From an uncultured Methanomassiliicoccales archaeon (GTDB lineage Archaea; Thermoplasmatota; Thermoplasmata; Methanomassiliicoccales; UBA472): 64,000 nt of DNA. Positions 10,735-20,986 of the stretch are shown piece by piece. A program made the translations under genes and the position numbers. Each line of letters starts with the position of its first letter. Position 1 is the first letter of the stretch. The stretch spans positions 800,001-864,000 of the forward strand of contig OY968769.1 in NCBI GenBank assembly GCA_963695345.1, written 5' to 3'. The notes beneath the pieces are model-generated. The model worked only from the letters and a program-made list of their open reading frames with translations, was not told where the DNA came from and did not search any database.

Positions 10735-11149
10735 ATGAAGCTGTTCAAACTGGCTATCGTGGGAGGGGCAGCATTCTGGGCGACCAACTTCGCGATCTCC
10801 CTGACGCCGATCGCCGCCGAGTACCGGGCGGCCCTTTCAATTTCTTATCTGCCAATGCTCGTCGAATCGTTGATCGGCGGCCTGGTCATCGGATTCTTTG
10901 TCAGCTATGTCTTGCTCCGTTTTTTTGACAAGATACCGACAAAGGAATCCGATTCTAAAATCCGTGATCCTCAGCGTCATCGCCCTGATCGTTGTCACGG
11001 TCCTGCTCGAAGGTCCTGCACGTTTTCTCACGCCAAGCGATGCCTTGCGTTACTTCCTCATCGGCGCATTGTTCAACGTACTGAGGATACTCGCTCTCGG
11101 ATTAGCCATTGGCTATCTGTACAAAAGGCTGGAGAGAAAATATATTTAA
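10735..11149 (+). CDS. Small four-TM membrane protein; frameshift near 10945
   Basis: Hydrophobic ORF 10735 continues as NPILKSVILSVIALIVV in ORF 10898-11149. Confidence 0.65.
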
Positions 11150-11202
11150 TGGATTAATTAAATATCGAACGGAACCGGTCCATCCGGGACCGCACTTCCA
11201 TG

Positions 11203-11647
11203 TCACACGAACTCGAGGACAAAGGTTTCGCAAACGACAAGCATGTTCTCATCAAAGGACAGACCGTGTTCCTCCAGTTCTCTCTTGAAGAAATCCCTGT
11301 GGACCTTTCTCCAATACTCAAGGGAGCGGTCACCCTCACCTTCATTGTAAGCATGTTCTCGGCCTACGTCACAAAACCTGCAGACAATCGACATCAGTGC
11401 ACCTGATGATGCACACTGCCTCGCCATTTGCCTTTAGGATGATGCTTAGGTCTCCGACTGATGGAATTGGGGAGTTTTCAATCTGGTATATTTGATGGGC
11501 AGATGACGTCGCGGACTTGATCCCGCACATGACAAGACCCGCTAATTCATCAGCGGCCTCTCCACCCCCACAAAAACTCCAGGCGGAATAGGATTCTGCT
11601 CGAGGGTTTCTTTGCCTGAATCTTTCCCAGATTTCATATGATGTCAC
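11203..11647 (-). CDS. ASCH-domain protein; frameshift near 11390
   Basis: WSF..ADELA.LV..GIKSATSS and HAYNEGEGDRSLEYWRKVH..FF motifs split over two frames. Confidence 0.85.
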
Positions 11648-11978
11648 TTTTTCATCTCCAAAAGCCTCATGGAAAAGATCATTCGCGACTTCATTCCCAC
11701 TGCCTCAACAAACCATTCAGTCTTTACTGTGATATGAAATTAGGGGTTATTTCTCAAAGAATATGGCCCTACTGGAAGATAAGGAAAAGGACGATGTTAC
11801 ACTTTGGTCCTGATGCCTCTGATGACCTTTCTATTAAATTGGCCTTGCGGTGTTTCCCCGTTCCGGCGGTTGGTCGCCGCCCGCAAAATATGTAATCCTA
11901 CGGTACAATACCGCATGACACGGTATCGCCGACTGGCGGCGGGACTTTTGCGCCATATCCATATTCGGAGGAAGACCT

Positions 11979-12989
11979 GTGATAATATCCATCGCTGAAC
12001 TTAGGGACCTGACCACGAAGGCCATTGCCGGCTTCGGCTATAACGAAGAGGAAACCGCAGCCATCCGCGAAATTCTTCTGTATGCCCAACTGCGCGGCAA
12101 CAATCAGGGGGTGGTGAAACTGATCGGCAAGGGAATTCCCAGGGATCCCGCTGTCGGAGAGATAGTCATCGAAAAGGAAACACCCCTCTCGGCGCGTATC
12201 AATGGCAACCGCAACCATGCCATGGTGGTGGTGCGCAAGGCGCTGGAGATCGTCGCGACGAAGGCGGAGAAGAGCGGATTCGGCATCGCGGGGACCTTCA
12301 ACACCAACACCTCATCTGGCGCCATTGGCTACGTCGCCTCCGAACTGGCCCGGAGAGGGTTCATCGGTTTCGTGTTCAGCAGGTCACCGGAACGGGCGGC
12401 CATGCACGGCTCCTATGAACCGGTCTTCGGCACCAACCCACTGGCGATCGGCATCCCGGCCGGGGAAGACCCGATCGTGCTGGACATGTCCACGGCGGCG
12501 ATCTCCTATTACGGACTGGTGGAGGCGGTGACCGAGGGAAGCGACATCCCCGGAGACATGGCGTACGACGCCGCAGGTCAGCCGACCACGAGCCCGGCGG
12601 AAGCGATCAAGGGGGCCATCCGTTCCTTCGACCGGGGGTACAAAGGCTCGGCCCTGGCCATGGTCGTTGAGATCCTTGCCGGTCCGCTGGTTGGGGCGGC
12701 GTTCTGCGGCCAGGCGGACAGCAAGGGGAACTGGGGGCATCTGATCTTCGCCATCGACCCGGACCTCCTCGGTGATCGCGATGAGTTTCTGGCCAATGTG
12801 GAGAGGGTCATCGGCAGGGTCAAATCGACCAGGCGTCTGCCAGGTGTGGATGATATCCTGGTGCCGGGGGAACGCGGCTCCGGCACCGCGCGGGAATGTC
12901 TGGAGAAAGGGGAGATCGACATCGAGGACAACCTGCTCGCGGAGCTGCGCAAGGTTGCTGGGGCGCCGGCAATCATCACCAAGAAGTAG
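11979..12989 (+). CDS. Ldh_2-family (type 2 malate/L-lactate/sulfolactate) dehydrogenase
   Basis: AQLRGNNQG, FGTNPLAIGIP, IVLDMST, GYKGSALAMVVEILAG, VPGE; GGAGG SD before GTG. Confidence 0.9.
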   Translation: MIISIAELRDLTTKAIAGFGYNEEETAAIREILLYAQLRGNNQGVVKLIGKGIPRDPAVGEIVIEKETPLSARINGNRNHAMVVVRKALEIVATKAEKSGFGIAGTFNTNTSSGAIGYVASELARRGFIGFVFSRSPERAAMHGSYEPVFGTNPLAIGIPAGEDPIVLDMSTAAISYYGLVEAVTEGSDIPGDMAYDAAGQPTTSPAEAIKGAIRSFDRGYKGSALAMVVEILAGPLVGAAFCGQADSKGNWGHLIFAIDPDLLGDRDEFLANVERVIGRVKSTRRLPGVDDILVPGERGSGTARECLEKGEIDIEDNLLAELRKVAGAPAIITKK

Positions 12990-13131
12990 CTCCACTCGGT
13001 AACGATCGAGAAAACGATAGCGGTCAGACAGATCAATTTCGAATGGACCCTACCTACGGAAAATTAACAAGGGATATGATAAAAGGAGAGGCCGAGGAGG
13101 CTTCATTTTGCATTGCGGATACTGGGTCCAG

Positions 13132-16100
13132 TCACTTTTTTCGTCGCATGAGCACCAAGATCGCCAGGATGGCGGCGACCAACACCCCGATGCCCACACC
13201 GGCATAGACCAGGGCATTATCGCCAGTTCCCCCGCTATCGATCGCGGCCGAAGCTGTCTGGGGAGTCGATATCGCTCCCGTTCCGATTTCGTTCACAGCC
13301 TTTACGCAATAGGTATAGCTCGTTCCCGCTGTAACTGATGTATCCACATAGTTCAGGACGTTCCCGTTCACTTGAGCGATCTGGGTTTCCACTCCCCCGC
13401 CAGAGCCGCGATATATCTGGTAGCACAGGATGTCTGACCCTCCATCATCGCTAGGAGACTGCCATGTCAGGGTTACCTGACCCGAACCGTTGATGGCGAT
13501 CAGACTCTGCGGGCAGGAAGGGGCCTCAATGGCGATGGCCAATCCATTGGCCTCGTTGGAGAACGGACCGGCCCCGTGGCTGTTGTTGGCCTTGACCATG
13601 TACACGTAGGTGTTGCCGTTCACCACGGTGGTGTCATTGAAGGTCGATGTTCCAGCCGCCACTTGGCCGATCGGCGTGGTGCTGACCGATCCAGCTGACA
13701 ATCCACGGAAGATTTCGTAACATGTGAACGCGGGATTGCCGACATTGTTCGGAGCTTCCCAGGTCAGAACGACGAAATGGTTGCCACCGACGGCCGCCAA
13801 GACCTGCGGAGCGCTTGGCAATGTCGTTTCAGCTATCGGAGCGGCATTTACGGCCGTGCTGTTCGGCCCGCGGCCGACTGAGTTCATAGCGCTCACTTTG
13901 TAGCAGTAGATCTGCCCATTGGTCAGATCTGCATCGGTGTAGTTGAGCACGTTGCCCAGGGTGATAAGCAGAGTCGCCCCGCCCGCGGTCGTTCCACGGT
14001 AAATATTGTAGCCAGTGATGGCGCAGCCGCCATTGCTGCTAGGTGCAGTCCAATTGAGGGAAGCCTGAGAATTGCCAGAAATGGCGACCAGTCCCGTGGG
14101 AGCCCCAGGTTCCACTGGAATGACATCACCCATCACCAATCCGTTCCAAACCTCTCCAGGTCCAGGGAAATCCGATGCGGCATATGCGTGGCCTCTTAGC
14201 TCCGGAGGGGTACCATATAACCATTTTTCTGGACCACCGATGGATGGTGCCACCAGACCTAAGAAAAATATACTTTTCAGGTTGACGCAGTCACTGAATA
14301 CATATCCCGCCTGGTCCGGGACAAAAAAGAGACCGATGGTCGTTACGCCGCTTCCTATGGTCACGGAGGTCAGGGAGGTGCAGGAGGCGAATGCGCCGAG
14401 CCAGATAGTCGCATTAGGGATCGTCACCGAGGTCAGGGAGGTGCAGGAGGCGAACGCATAGATTCCGATGGACGCGACTCCATCACCGATTGTCACGGAG
14501 GTCAGGGAGGTGCAGAAATAGAACGCATAGTCCCCAATGGACGTTACGCTGTTGGGTATGGTTACGGAGGTCAGGGAAGTGCAAGATTCGAACGTCCAGT
14601 CCCCGATGGTCGTTACACTATTAGGGATGGTCACGGAGGTCAGGGAAGTGCAAGATTCGAACGTCCAGCCCACGATGGTCGTTACACTATTAGGGATGGT
14701 CACGGAGGTCAGGGAAGTGCAAATGCCGAAAGCATAGAATCCGATTGTCGTGACGCTGTCCGGGATGGTCACCGAGGTCAGGGAGGTGCAGTCATGGAAC
14801 GCACCGCTTCCGATGGAGGTAACATTGTCCGGGATGGTCACGGAGGTCAGGGAGGTGATCGATTCAAATGCATCATCCCCAATGGCTACAACGGTATACC
14901 CACCCAATGTAGAGGGGATCATGATCTCTCCCCCAGCGCCAGTATATCCAGTGATTGTTGCACCATTGCCGTTCACTGAATAGGTATAATCGTCCAATAA
15001 TAATGGAATGACATCACCCATCACCAATCCGTTCCAAACCTCTCCAGGTCCAGGGAAATCCGATGCGGCGTACGCGTGGCCTCTTAGCTCTGTGGGAGTA
15101 CCAGATAACCATGTGGGAGTATGAGCTGTGCTGGGCCTGTAATCCAAAAAGACATTGGTCGGTGCAACGAGCCCTAAGAACATCAATGAGGTTAGTGAGC
15201 TGCAGTCAGAGAACGCATTGTCACCGATGGACGTGATGCTACCTGGAATCGCCACGCATGTCAGGGATGTGCAGGAATCGAATATATAGGCGGCGATATT
15301 CGTGACGCCGCTTGGAATGGTCACGGAGGTCAGGGAGGTGCAGTCACAGAACGCCCCGTCCCCGATCGACGTAACTCCGCTACCGATGGTTAAGGATGTC
15401 AGGTAAACGCAGGAATAGAACGCCCAGCCCCCGATGGACGTTACGCTGGAGGGAACGTTAAACGCCCCTGTTCTGCCACTAGGATACTGGATCAAGGTAG
15501 TGAGTGTTTTATTGTAAAGCACTCCATCAATACTAGCATAGTACGGGTTGCATGCATCAACATCGATCGAGGTCAGGCCAGTGCAGGAATCGAACGCATT
15601 TATCCCGATGGACGTTACGCCACAAGGAATGCTGAATGCCCCTGTTCTGCCACTAGGATACTGGATCAAGGTAGTGAGTGTTTTATTGTAAAGCACTCCA
15701 TCAATACTAGCATAGTACGGGTTGCATGCATCAACATCGATGGATTTCAAGGCGAAGCAATTAACGAACGCCCACTCACCAAAGGATCCAATGGACGTGA
15801 CGCCAGTTCCGATGGTCACGGAGGTCAGGGAGGTGCAATCTAAGAACGCCCAGCCCCCGATGGACGTTACGCTGTTGGGTATGGTCACGGAGGTCAGTGC
15901 AGTGATTGATCTAAATGCACCATTCCCAATGGCTACAACTGTATACCCACATATTGTAGAGGGGATCGTAATCGCCCCCCCAGCACCAGTGTATCCTGTG
16001 ATAGTGGCAACAGTCGGGCTGCCTTCAATTGTATAGGTATAGTCTCCATCCGTATTTGCGACAGCTGTATGTGGCGCTAAGATCGATAGCGCGACCAAGA

Positions 16101-16182
16101 ATGTAAATAAGACAATGATCGGGCTCCACGGATGCAAAAATAAGTTCTTTTTCCCTTTCGATATAATGTTGTTCGTTTCCAT
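13132..16182 (-). CDS. Large BspA-type LRR surface protein with three Fn3 domains and C-terminal TM anchor
   Basis: Two LRR blocks (CTSLTSVTIPNSVT.IG), three Fn3 repeats, TM + RRKK tail; ATG 16182 preceded by GGGGGAAG. Confidence 0.93.
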   Translation of the reverse strand: METNNIISKGKKNLFLHPWSPIIVLFTFLVALSILAPHTAVANTDGDYTYTIEGSPTVATITGYTGAGGAITIPSTICGYTVVAIGNGAFRSITALTSVTIPNSVTSIGGWAFLDCTSLTSVTIGTGVTSIGSFGEWAFVNCFALKSIDVDACNPYYASIDGVLYNKTLTTLIQYPSGRTGAFSIPCGVTSIGINAFDSCTGLTSIDVDACNPYYASIDGVLYNKTLTTLIQYPSGRTGAFNVPSSVTSIGGWAFYSCVYLTSLTIGSGVTSIGDGAFCDCTSLTSVTIPSGVTNIAAYIFDSCTSLTCVAIPGSITSIGDNAFSDCSSLTSLMFLGLVAPTNVFLDYRPSTAHTPTWLSGTPTELRGHAYAASDFPGPGEVWNGLVMGDVIPLLLDDYTYSVNGNGATITGYTGAGGEIMIPSTLGGYTVVAIGDDAFESITSLTSVTIPDNVTSIGSGAFHDCTSLTSVTIPDSVTTIGFYAFGICTSLTSVTIPNSVTTIVGWTFESCTSLTSVTIPNSVTTIGDWTFESCTSLTSVTIPNSVTSIGDYAFYFCTSLTSVTIGDGVASIGIYAFASCTSLTSVTIPNATIWLGAFASCTSLTSVTIGSGVTTIGLFFVPDQAGYVFSDCVNLKSIFFLGLVAPSIGGPEKWLYGTPPELRGHAYAASDFPGPGEVWNGLVMGDVIPVEPGAPTGLVAISGNSQASLNWTAPSSNGGCAITGYNIYRGTTAGGATLLITLGNVLNYTDADLTNGQIYCYKVSAMNSVGRGPNSTAVNAAPIAETTLPSAPQVLAAVGGNHFVVLTWEAPNNVGNPAFTCYEIFRGLSAGSVSTTPIGQVAAGTSTFNDTTVVNGNTYVYMVKANNSHGAGPFSNEANGLAIAIEAPSCPQSLIAINGSGQVTLTWQSPSDDGGSDILCYQIYRGSGGGVETQIAQVNGNVLNYVDTSVTAGTSYTYCVKAVNEIGTGAISTPQTASAAIDSGGTGDNALVYAGVGIGVLVAAILAILVLMRRKK
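14116..15090. repeat. ~87-bp near-identical intragenic repeat (14116-14202 and 15004-15090)
   Basis: TGGAATGACATCACCC...CCTCTTAGCTC occurs twice, offset 888 bp; encodes ELRGHAYAASDFPGPGEVWNGLVMGDVIP. Confidence 0.85.
15464..15741. repeat. 104-bp identical intragenic repeat (15464-15567 and 15638-15741)
   Basis: GCCCCTGTTCTGCC...CAACATCGAT occurs twice, offset 174 bp. Confidence 0.9.
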
Positions 16183-16400
16183 CAACTTCCCCCCATTTTG
16201 AGGCGGGATGAAATCCAACCTGCCTCCCGATTATCACTAGCCCCCTCAGACCTAGCAAAAAGTGATCATCAAGAAGAGTCCTATGATATTGTTGTCCTTG
16301 TTGTATATAAATAAATTAATGATTACGTTAACATTTTTACTACTACTCAATTAATCACTGTTCTTGTGCAATTATCATGGAAAATTTTTCATTCCTTGTG

Positions 16401-16720
16401 TTAAAACATATCCGCTCTTATGACGATGCCAACTATCTTTCCCAGTTCGTCCTTCACCAAGGTCGAGAGCAGTTGCTCTATCGATTTCACCGCAACCTCA
16501 TGGAACATCGCCTCGGGTATGAGGGCTCTCCATCACTATTTCGAAAAGGAGCGTCTGAAAAGGTTTCTAAACTCCATTAGATGGATCTATGTCATCTGGC
16601 CTGCTCTGCACTCCCCAATATTCATCTGATCGTTCTGACTCCGCCGGTCTTAGATCTTTGTTTCGTAAACACGCTGGCTATCGCGTCTGTTCTGCTGATG
16701 GTTACCGAGGCCACTCATTC
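16401..16720 (-). pseudogene. Decayed CBS-domain gene remnant
   Basis: Minus-strand translation gives VKDELGKIVGIVIRADMF* (CBS motif), with EIVMESP and VASVTISRTDAIA fragments broken by stops and shifts. Confidence 0.45.
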
Positions 16721-16789
16721 TGGGCGGTCATCGTACCTACGGACGACGCACCAGTGGTTACCCTCGGATTCGGATCCTCTTCGATGAGA

Positions 16790-17044
16790 CTATGCAGTGG
16801 GTTTAGTAGAAAAAAGAGAAGGTTTTCCTCCTAGTTCGGGAAGGAATTTGAAGAATATGCATGTAATACCAAAAAGCTCATTCCTTCCATCTACTGATTC
16901 GATGGCCGCCAAGTTGTCCGTTGGGGCACTTCCCATTCCCACCATTGTATATGTCGGTCCAAGACCCTTGCCATATGGTCGAGGATGTAGTATCAATGAT
17001 TTCATACATCCTTCTTCAATCAGACTAAATGAACCTAGAGCCAT
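16790..17044 (-). pseudogene. Possible GNAT acetyltransferase remnant
   Basis: LILHPRPYGKGLG resembles GNAT motif A and TDNLAAI resembles motif B; the rest is degenerate. Confidence 0.3.
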
Positions 17045-17151
17045 TCAGGTTCGTGGCAGCAATCTATTGTCCTTGAGACAGCAGAATAGTTATGTCAGGC
17101 AGCTCATTGTATTCTTAATGCTAAGGATGGGAAGACGGGGGAGAGCTGAAA

Positions 17152-17937
17152 ATGGCATACGCGAACAATGATGGCGTCAAAATTTACTATGAAGTCGTTG
17201 GAACAGGCCACCCCCTATTATTGTATCATCCCTTTGGTTACGATCAAACGTATTGGTCAAACCCTGATGAGAATTGGGTGGAAGCGCTCCAAAACGATTT
17301 TTCCTTGATCCTGATGGATGCCAGGGGACATGGAGCTAGCGATAAACCTCATGATCCCAATGAGTACCAATTATCGAAGCAGGTCTCCGATGTCGTCGCA
17401 GTCCTTGATGATATTGAACTTGAAAGAACACATTTCTTGGGATATTCCATGGGCGGGGTCGTTGGCTTCGGATTTGCATGCTATGCGCCGCAGCGCTCCT
17501 ATTCCGTTGTCATCGGTGGGGCAAGTGCCGCCGATGACCTGACTGAAGAACCGCACCCTTGCATCCCGATCTATCGCCAGGGGGCACAGGCGGTCATTCG
17601 CATGACAGAAGAAAGGGGCAATAAACCAGTGTCACCGAGCCTGAGGAAGATTCTACTATCGAATGATTATGAAGCATTGACGGCCATGCTCGAATTGAAA
17701 GAACGGCTTGGATTGGAGGCGATCTTACCTTCTGTCACCAAACACGCCTTGATCTATGCGGGGGATAAGGATCGGAGTTATGCGGAAGCGAAGCGGGCAA
17801 GCGAACTCATGCCGAATGCGACCTTTCTATCATTGCACGGAGATCATCTGACTTCGTATCTGCCGAGCGTATTGCCACACATCAAGAGATTCGTGCATCG
17901 GTACCGTAGGCGGTCATGTCAGATCCATTATTCTTGA
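17152..17937 (+). CDS. Alpha/beta-fold hydrolase
   Basis: DARGHGASDKP, nucleophile GYSMGG, GDKD acid, C-terminal His. Confidence 0.9.
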   Translation: MAYANNDGVKIYYEVVGTGHPLLLYHPFGYDQTYWSNPDENWVEALQNDFSLILMDARGHGASDKPHDPNEYQLSKQVSDVVAVLDDIELERTHFLGYSMGGVVGFGFACYAPQRSYSVVIGGASAADDLTEEPHPCIPIYRQGAQAVIRMTEERGNKPVSPSLRKILLSNDYEALTAMLELKERLGLEAILPSVTKHALIYAGDKDRSYAEAKRASELMPNATFLSLHGDHLTSYLPSVLPHIKRFVHRYRRRSCQIHYS

Positions 17938-18119
17938 ATGAATCTTGAGCATAGTGGTGGAAATGGAAATTGATAGTGCTAATTCTTACCTGAACGAATC
18001 ACGTGTCGATAAAAGTACAAATCGATTTAGAAATCAACCGCTAGGGACATGATTCCAGTCAAGATGACCATTCATGACCCATTATGGCACCCCATTGCTT
18101 ATTTTTCTGATGGGTTCAT

Positions 18120-18605
18120 CTACTTTACTGGAGCACCGCAACTGTCACATTTCATTTTTATAATCTCATTCAAATTACCACAATATGGACACGGGATTTT
18201 CACGATCTCTCGAATGATCATTGTTCGTTCCACATGCTGTGATTTTTTTTTACTTGCCGCATAGAACGTCAATTCATCTTGGATCGCATTGTACAATTCA
18301 ACGTTCTCCGTGGTCTTGAACTCATGACGGGGATCTCCTGGAGCGTTCGCAGGATCGACCAGAATCACAACTTTTCTGCTATTGGGATGGTTTCTTGCGA
18401 AACCCGGATTCCCCAGGGTGATCGTGAGGTCGAACTCTTCCTTATGATACTCTACTAATTTGACGTCTAACATCGACCCCACCGGAATGGAGATCTTGTC
18501 TCCGTTCCTCATCTCATCTCCCCCATCGATGGAAGGCCTACTTGATGGTACCAATCCTATTGGAGTAGACCAAGTCACACTTTCATCCTTTGTGAACGTC
18601 ACCAT
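18120..18605 (-). CDS. Hypothetical protein with C-terminal zinc ribbon
   Basis: IIREIVKIPCPYCG...CDSCGAP; ATG 18605 with GGGGGAG SD. Confidence 0.7.
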   Translation of the reverse strand: MVTFTKDESVTWSTPIGLVPSSRPSIDGGDEMRNGDKISIPVGSMLDVKLVEYHKEEFDLTITLGNPGFARNHPNSRKVVILVDPANAPGDPRHEFKTTENVELYNAIQDELTFYAASKKKSQHVERTMIIREIVKIPCPYCGNLNEIIKMKCDSCGAPVK

Positions 18606-18828
18606 CTCTCCCCCCACCTCGATTATTCCGTCGATCTCACGGTATCGGCCAATACACGAAAACATTGAATGAATACTGCCTTGAACTGTATTTAGAGACT
18701 ATCGAAAGTATCGATGATCTTGAATTACTGACCGATAAATTGAGAGACTAAGATCTGTACCTGAGAGTATCGATTTTAGACACGAATGGAGTCATTTCAA
18801 AAAGAGGTATACCACCCCAGCTTACAAG

Positions 18829-18912
18829 TGCGGGGGGTGGGATTCGAACCCGCGAACCGCTAGGGACAGAATCTTAAGTCCTGCGCCGTTGGCCGAGCTT
18901 GGCTACCCCCGC
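18829..18912 (-). tRNA. tRNA-Leu(TAA), no intron, CCA not encoded
   Basis: GCGGGGG acceptor stem, CAGGA-CTTAAGA-TTCTG anticodon arm, long variable arm, GGTTCGAATCC T-loop, discriminator A. Confidence 0.97.
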
Positions 18913-19122
18913 AAGCATCCAGTCGATGCGGTAAACACTATTTCAGTCTTTTTAGGTGGCGTCGCATATGGTGTCCTAGCAGTCATCCAGCTCACGATTT
19001 CCTTCTTTGTTTTCTTAGACAGTCGAACACTGGGAAGGTCATTCCGCTTGGATTTGAATACTTCCAGTTCAACATCGATCAGGTCTGGAAATATTGATGC
19101 CCAAGCGATGCCATGCGATTCC

Positions 19123-19383
19123 ATGAACCTGACCAACGAGACCTATCTCGTCAAGATAAGGAGCAAGAACTCCACCGAGTTCTATTACAGGGACAAGGAC
19201 GGTTGGAGCAAGGTCAGCACGAAAGGAAGGAAATTCAAAGCGACCGCGGAGCAGGTCCTGAACCACGTACTTCCGGCCATGGCCGGAGTCAAGCCGGGCG
19301 TGACCATCGAGGTGGAGCATTATGACGATCCAGAGGACCGGCCCCTCCCGGACATCGTCGGACGATGTTGGCCAACTCTCTGA
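19123..19383 (+). CDS. Small hypothetical protein
   Basis: MNLTNETYLVKIRSK...TAEQVLNHVLPA; host-like GC3-rich codons from ATG 19123. Confidence 0.6.
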   Translation: MNLTNETYLVKIRSKNSTEFYYRDKDGWSKVSTKGRKFKATAEQVLNHVLPAMAGVKPGVTIEVEHYDDPEDRPLPDIVGRCWPTL

Positions 19384-19428
19384 GAGGTGGCACACGTCCT
19401 CATCCGCTTGGACCTAGGACCGGACCTC

Positions 19429-20785
19429 TTACAGGATCTTGCACATGTCGTCGCACTTCTCCAGCAGCGGCCCCAGGCTCTGCTCGATATACTCCTCCAG
19501 GGTCGGATGCCCGATCTCGCACAGTTCGTAGTGAACGCGGACGATCGGCTTGTTCACCTTGATCACCCGGCTAAGGTCGATCGGTGTTCCGGCCACGACC
19601 ACGTCGCAATCGGTGTTGTTGATCGTCTCCTGGAGCTCTAGAACCTGCTTCTCCCCGTAGCCCATGGCCGGCAGTATCGGCCCCAGGTTGGTGTACTTCC
19701 GGAACGTCTCGGCTATCGAACCGACGGCGTATCTCCGCGGGTCCACCAGTTCCTTTGCCCCGTTGTCCTCGGCGGCGATGGTACCGGCACCATAGGCCAT
19801 GCCCCCGTGGGTGACGGTCGGACCGTCCTCCACCACCAGCACGCGCTTGCCGCGTATCATCGACGGGTCATCGACCTTGATCGGCGAACCCGCCTCGATG
19901 ATCGTCGCATCGGGGTTCAATGACCTGACGTTCTCCTTCACCGTCAGTATGTCCTTGCGGTCGGCGGTGTTCACCTTGTTGATGACCACCACATCCGCCA
20001 TGCGCACGTTCGTCTCTCCCGGGTGGTAGGTCAGCTCATGGCCGGGCCGGTGCGGGTCGGCGATCACGATGTGCAGGTTCGGTCGGTAGAACGGTGTGTC
20101 GTTGTTCCCGCCATCCCAGACGATCACGTCCGACTCCTTCTCCGCCCTCCTCAGTATCTTCTCGTAGTCGACCCCGGCGTAGACCACGATGCCGTTGTCG
20201 ATCAGCGGTTCGTACTCCTCGCGTTCCTCGATGGTGCAATCGTTCTTGTCCAGGTCCTCGTAGGTGGCGAAACGCTGCACCGCCTGCTTGACCAGGTCGC
20301 CGTAGGGCATCGGATGCCGGACCGCGGTCACCCTCAGGTCCTTCTTCTTCAGGAAACGGCATATCTTGCGGGTCGTTTGGCTCTTTCCCGCGCCGGTGCG
20401 AACGGCGCACACGCTGATCACCGGTTTCGACGACTGGAGGGTGATCGCCTGGTTGCCCATCAGACGGAGGTCGGCGCCGTTCGCCAGCACCAGCGACGCC
20501 TTGTGCATCAGTTCGATGTGCGAGATGTCGGAATAGGCGAACACCACCTGTTCGACCTTCTCTCTGCGGATGAGCGAGACCAGGTCCGATTCCGGATGGA
20601 TCGGGATCCCGTTCGGGATACAGTCTACCGGCCAGCTCGGCTGGATACTTACGGTCGGCGATGTTCGGTATCTGGGCGGCGGTAAAGCATACCACCTCGT
20701 ACGATTCGTTGTCGCGGAAGTAGGTGTTGAAGTTGTGGAAATCCCTCCCTGCCGCCCCCATGATGATGACCCTTGCCTTTGACAT
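19429..20785 (-). CDS. COG2403-type P-loop protein (cDPG-synthetase-like / arginine synthetase ArcE-like); frameshift near 20618
   Basis: VIIMGAAGRDFHNFN, AVRTGAGKSQT, RHPMPYG, TIEEREEYEP, WDGGNND, VEDGPT.THGGM. Confidence 0.85.
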
Positions 20786-20986
20786 GATATCCAGGAATCA
20801 AAGGATGCCTTGGATATTTCAGTTTTCAGTTAGGAAGCACCCGCAGCCAGAAGGTTCCGCCCCGCTCACGATGGAATCGGTCATCTTGCAACCATCATAT
20901 AGGGAAAGCGTGTTCGTGGGCCTGGCGATACCGTAAGCTCCGACGAGGTCCCCAAAGCAAAGAACAAACGCACCAGCGAAAGCTGG

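Noticed and set aside
14300-14860. Regularly spaced GTCACGGAGGTCAGGGAGGTGCA repeats suggestive of a CRISPR array
   Set aside because: They are in-frame 66/69-bp LRR coding repeats with similar intervening sequence; no cas genes are present
18889-19122. 5' extension of ORF 18889-19383 and antisense ORF 18903-19136
   Set aside because: Overlap the tRNA gene and its promoter; the plausible start is ATG 19123
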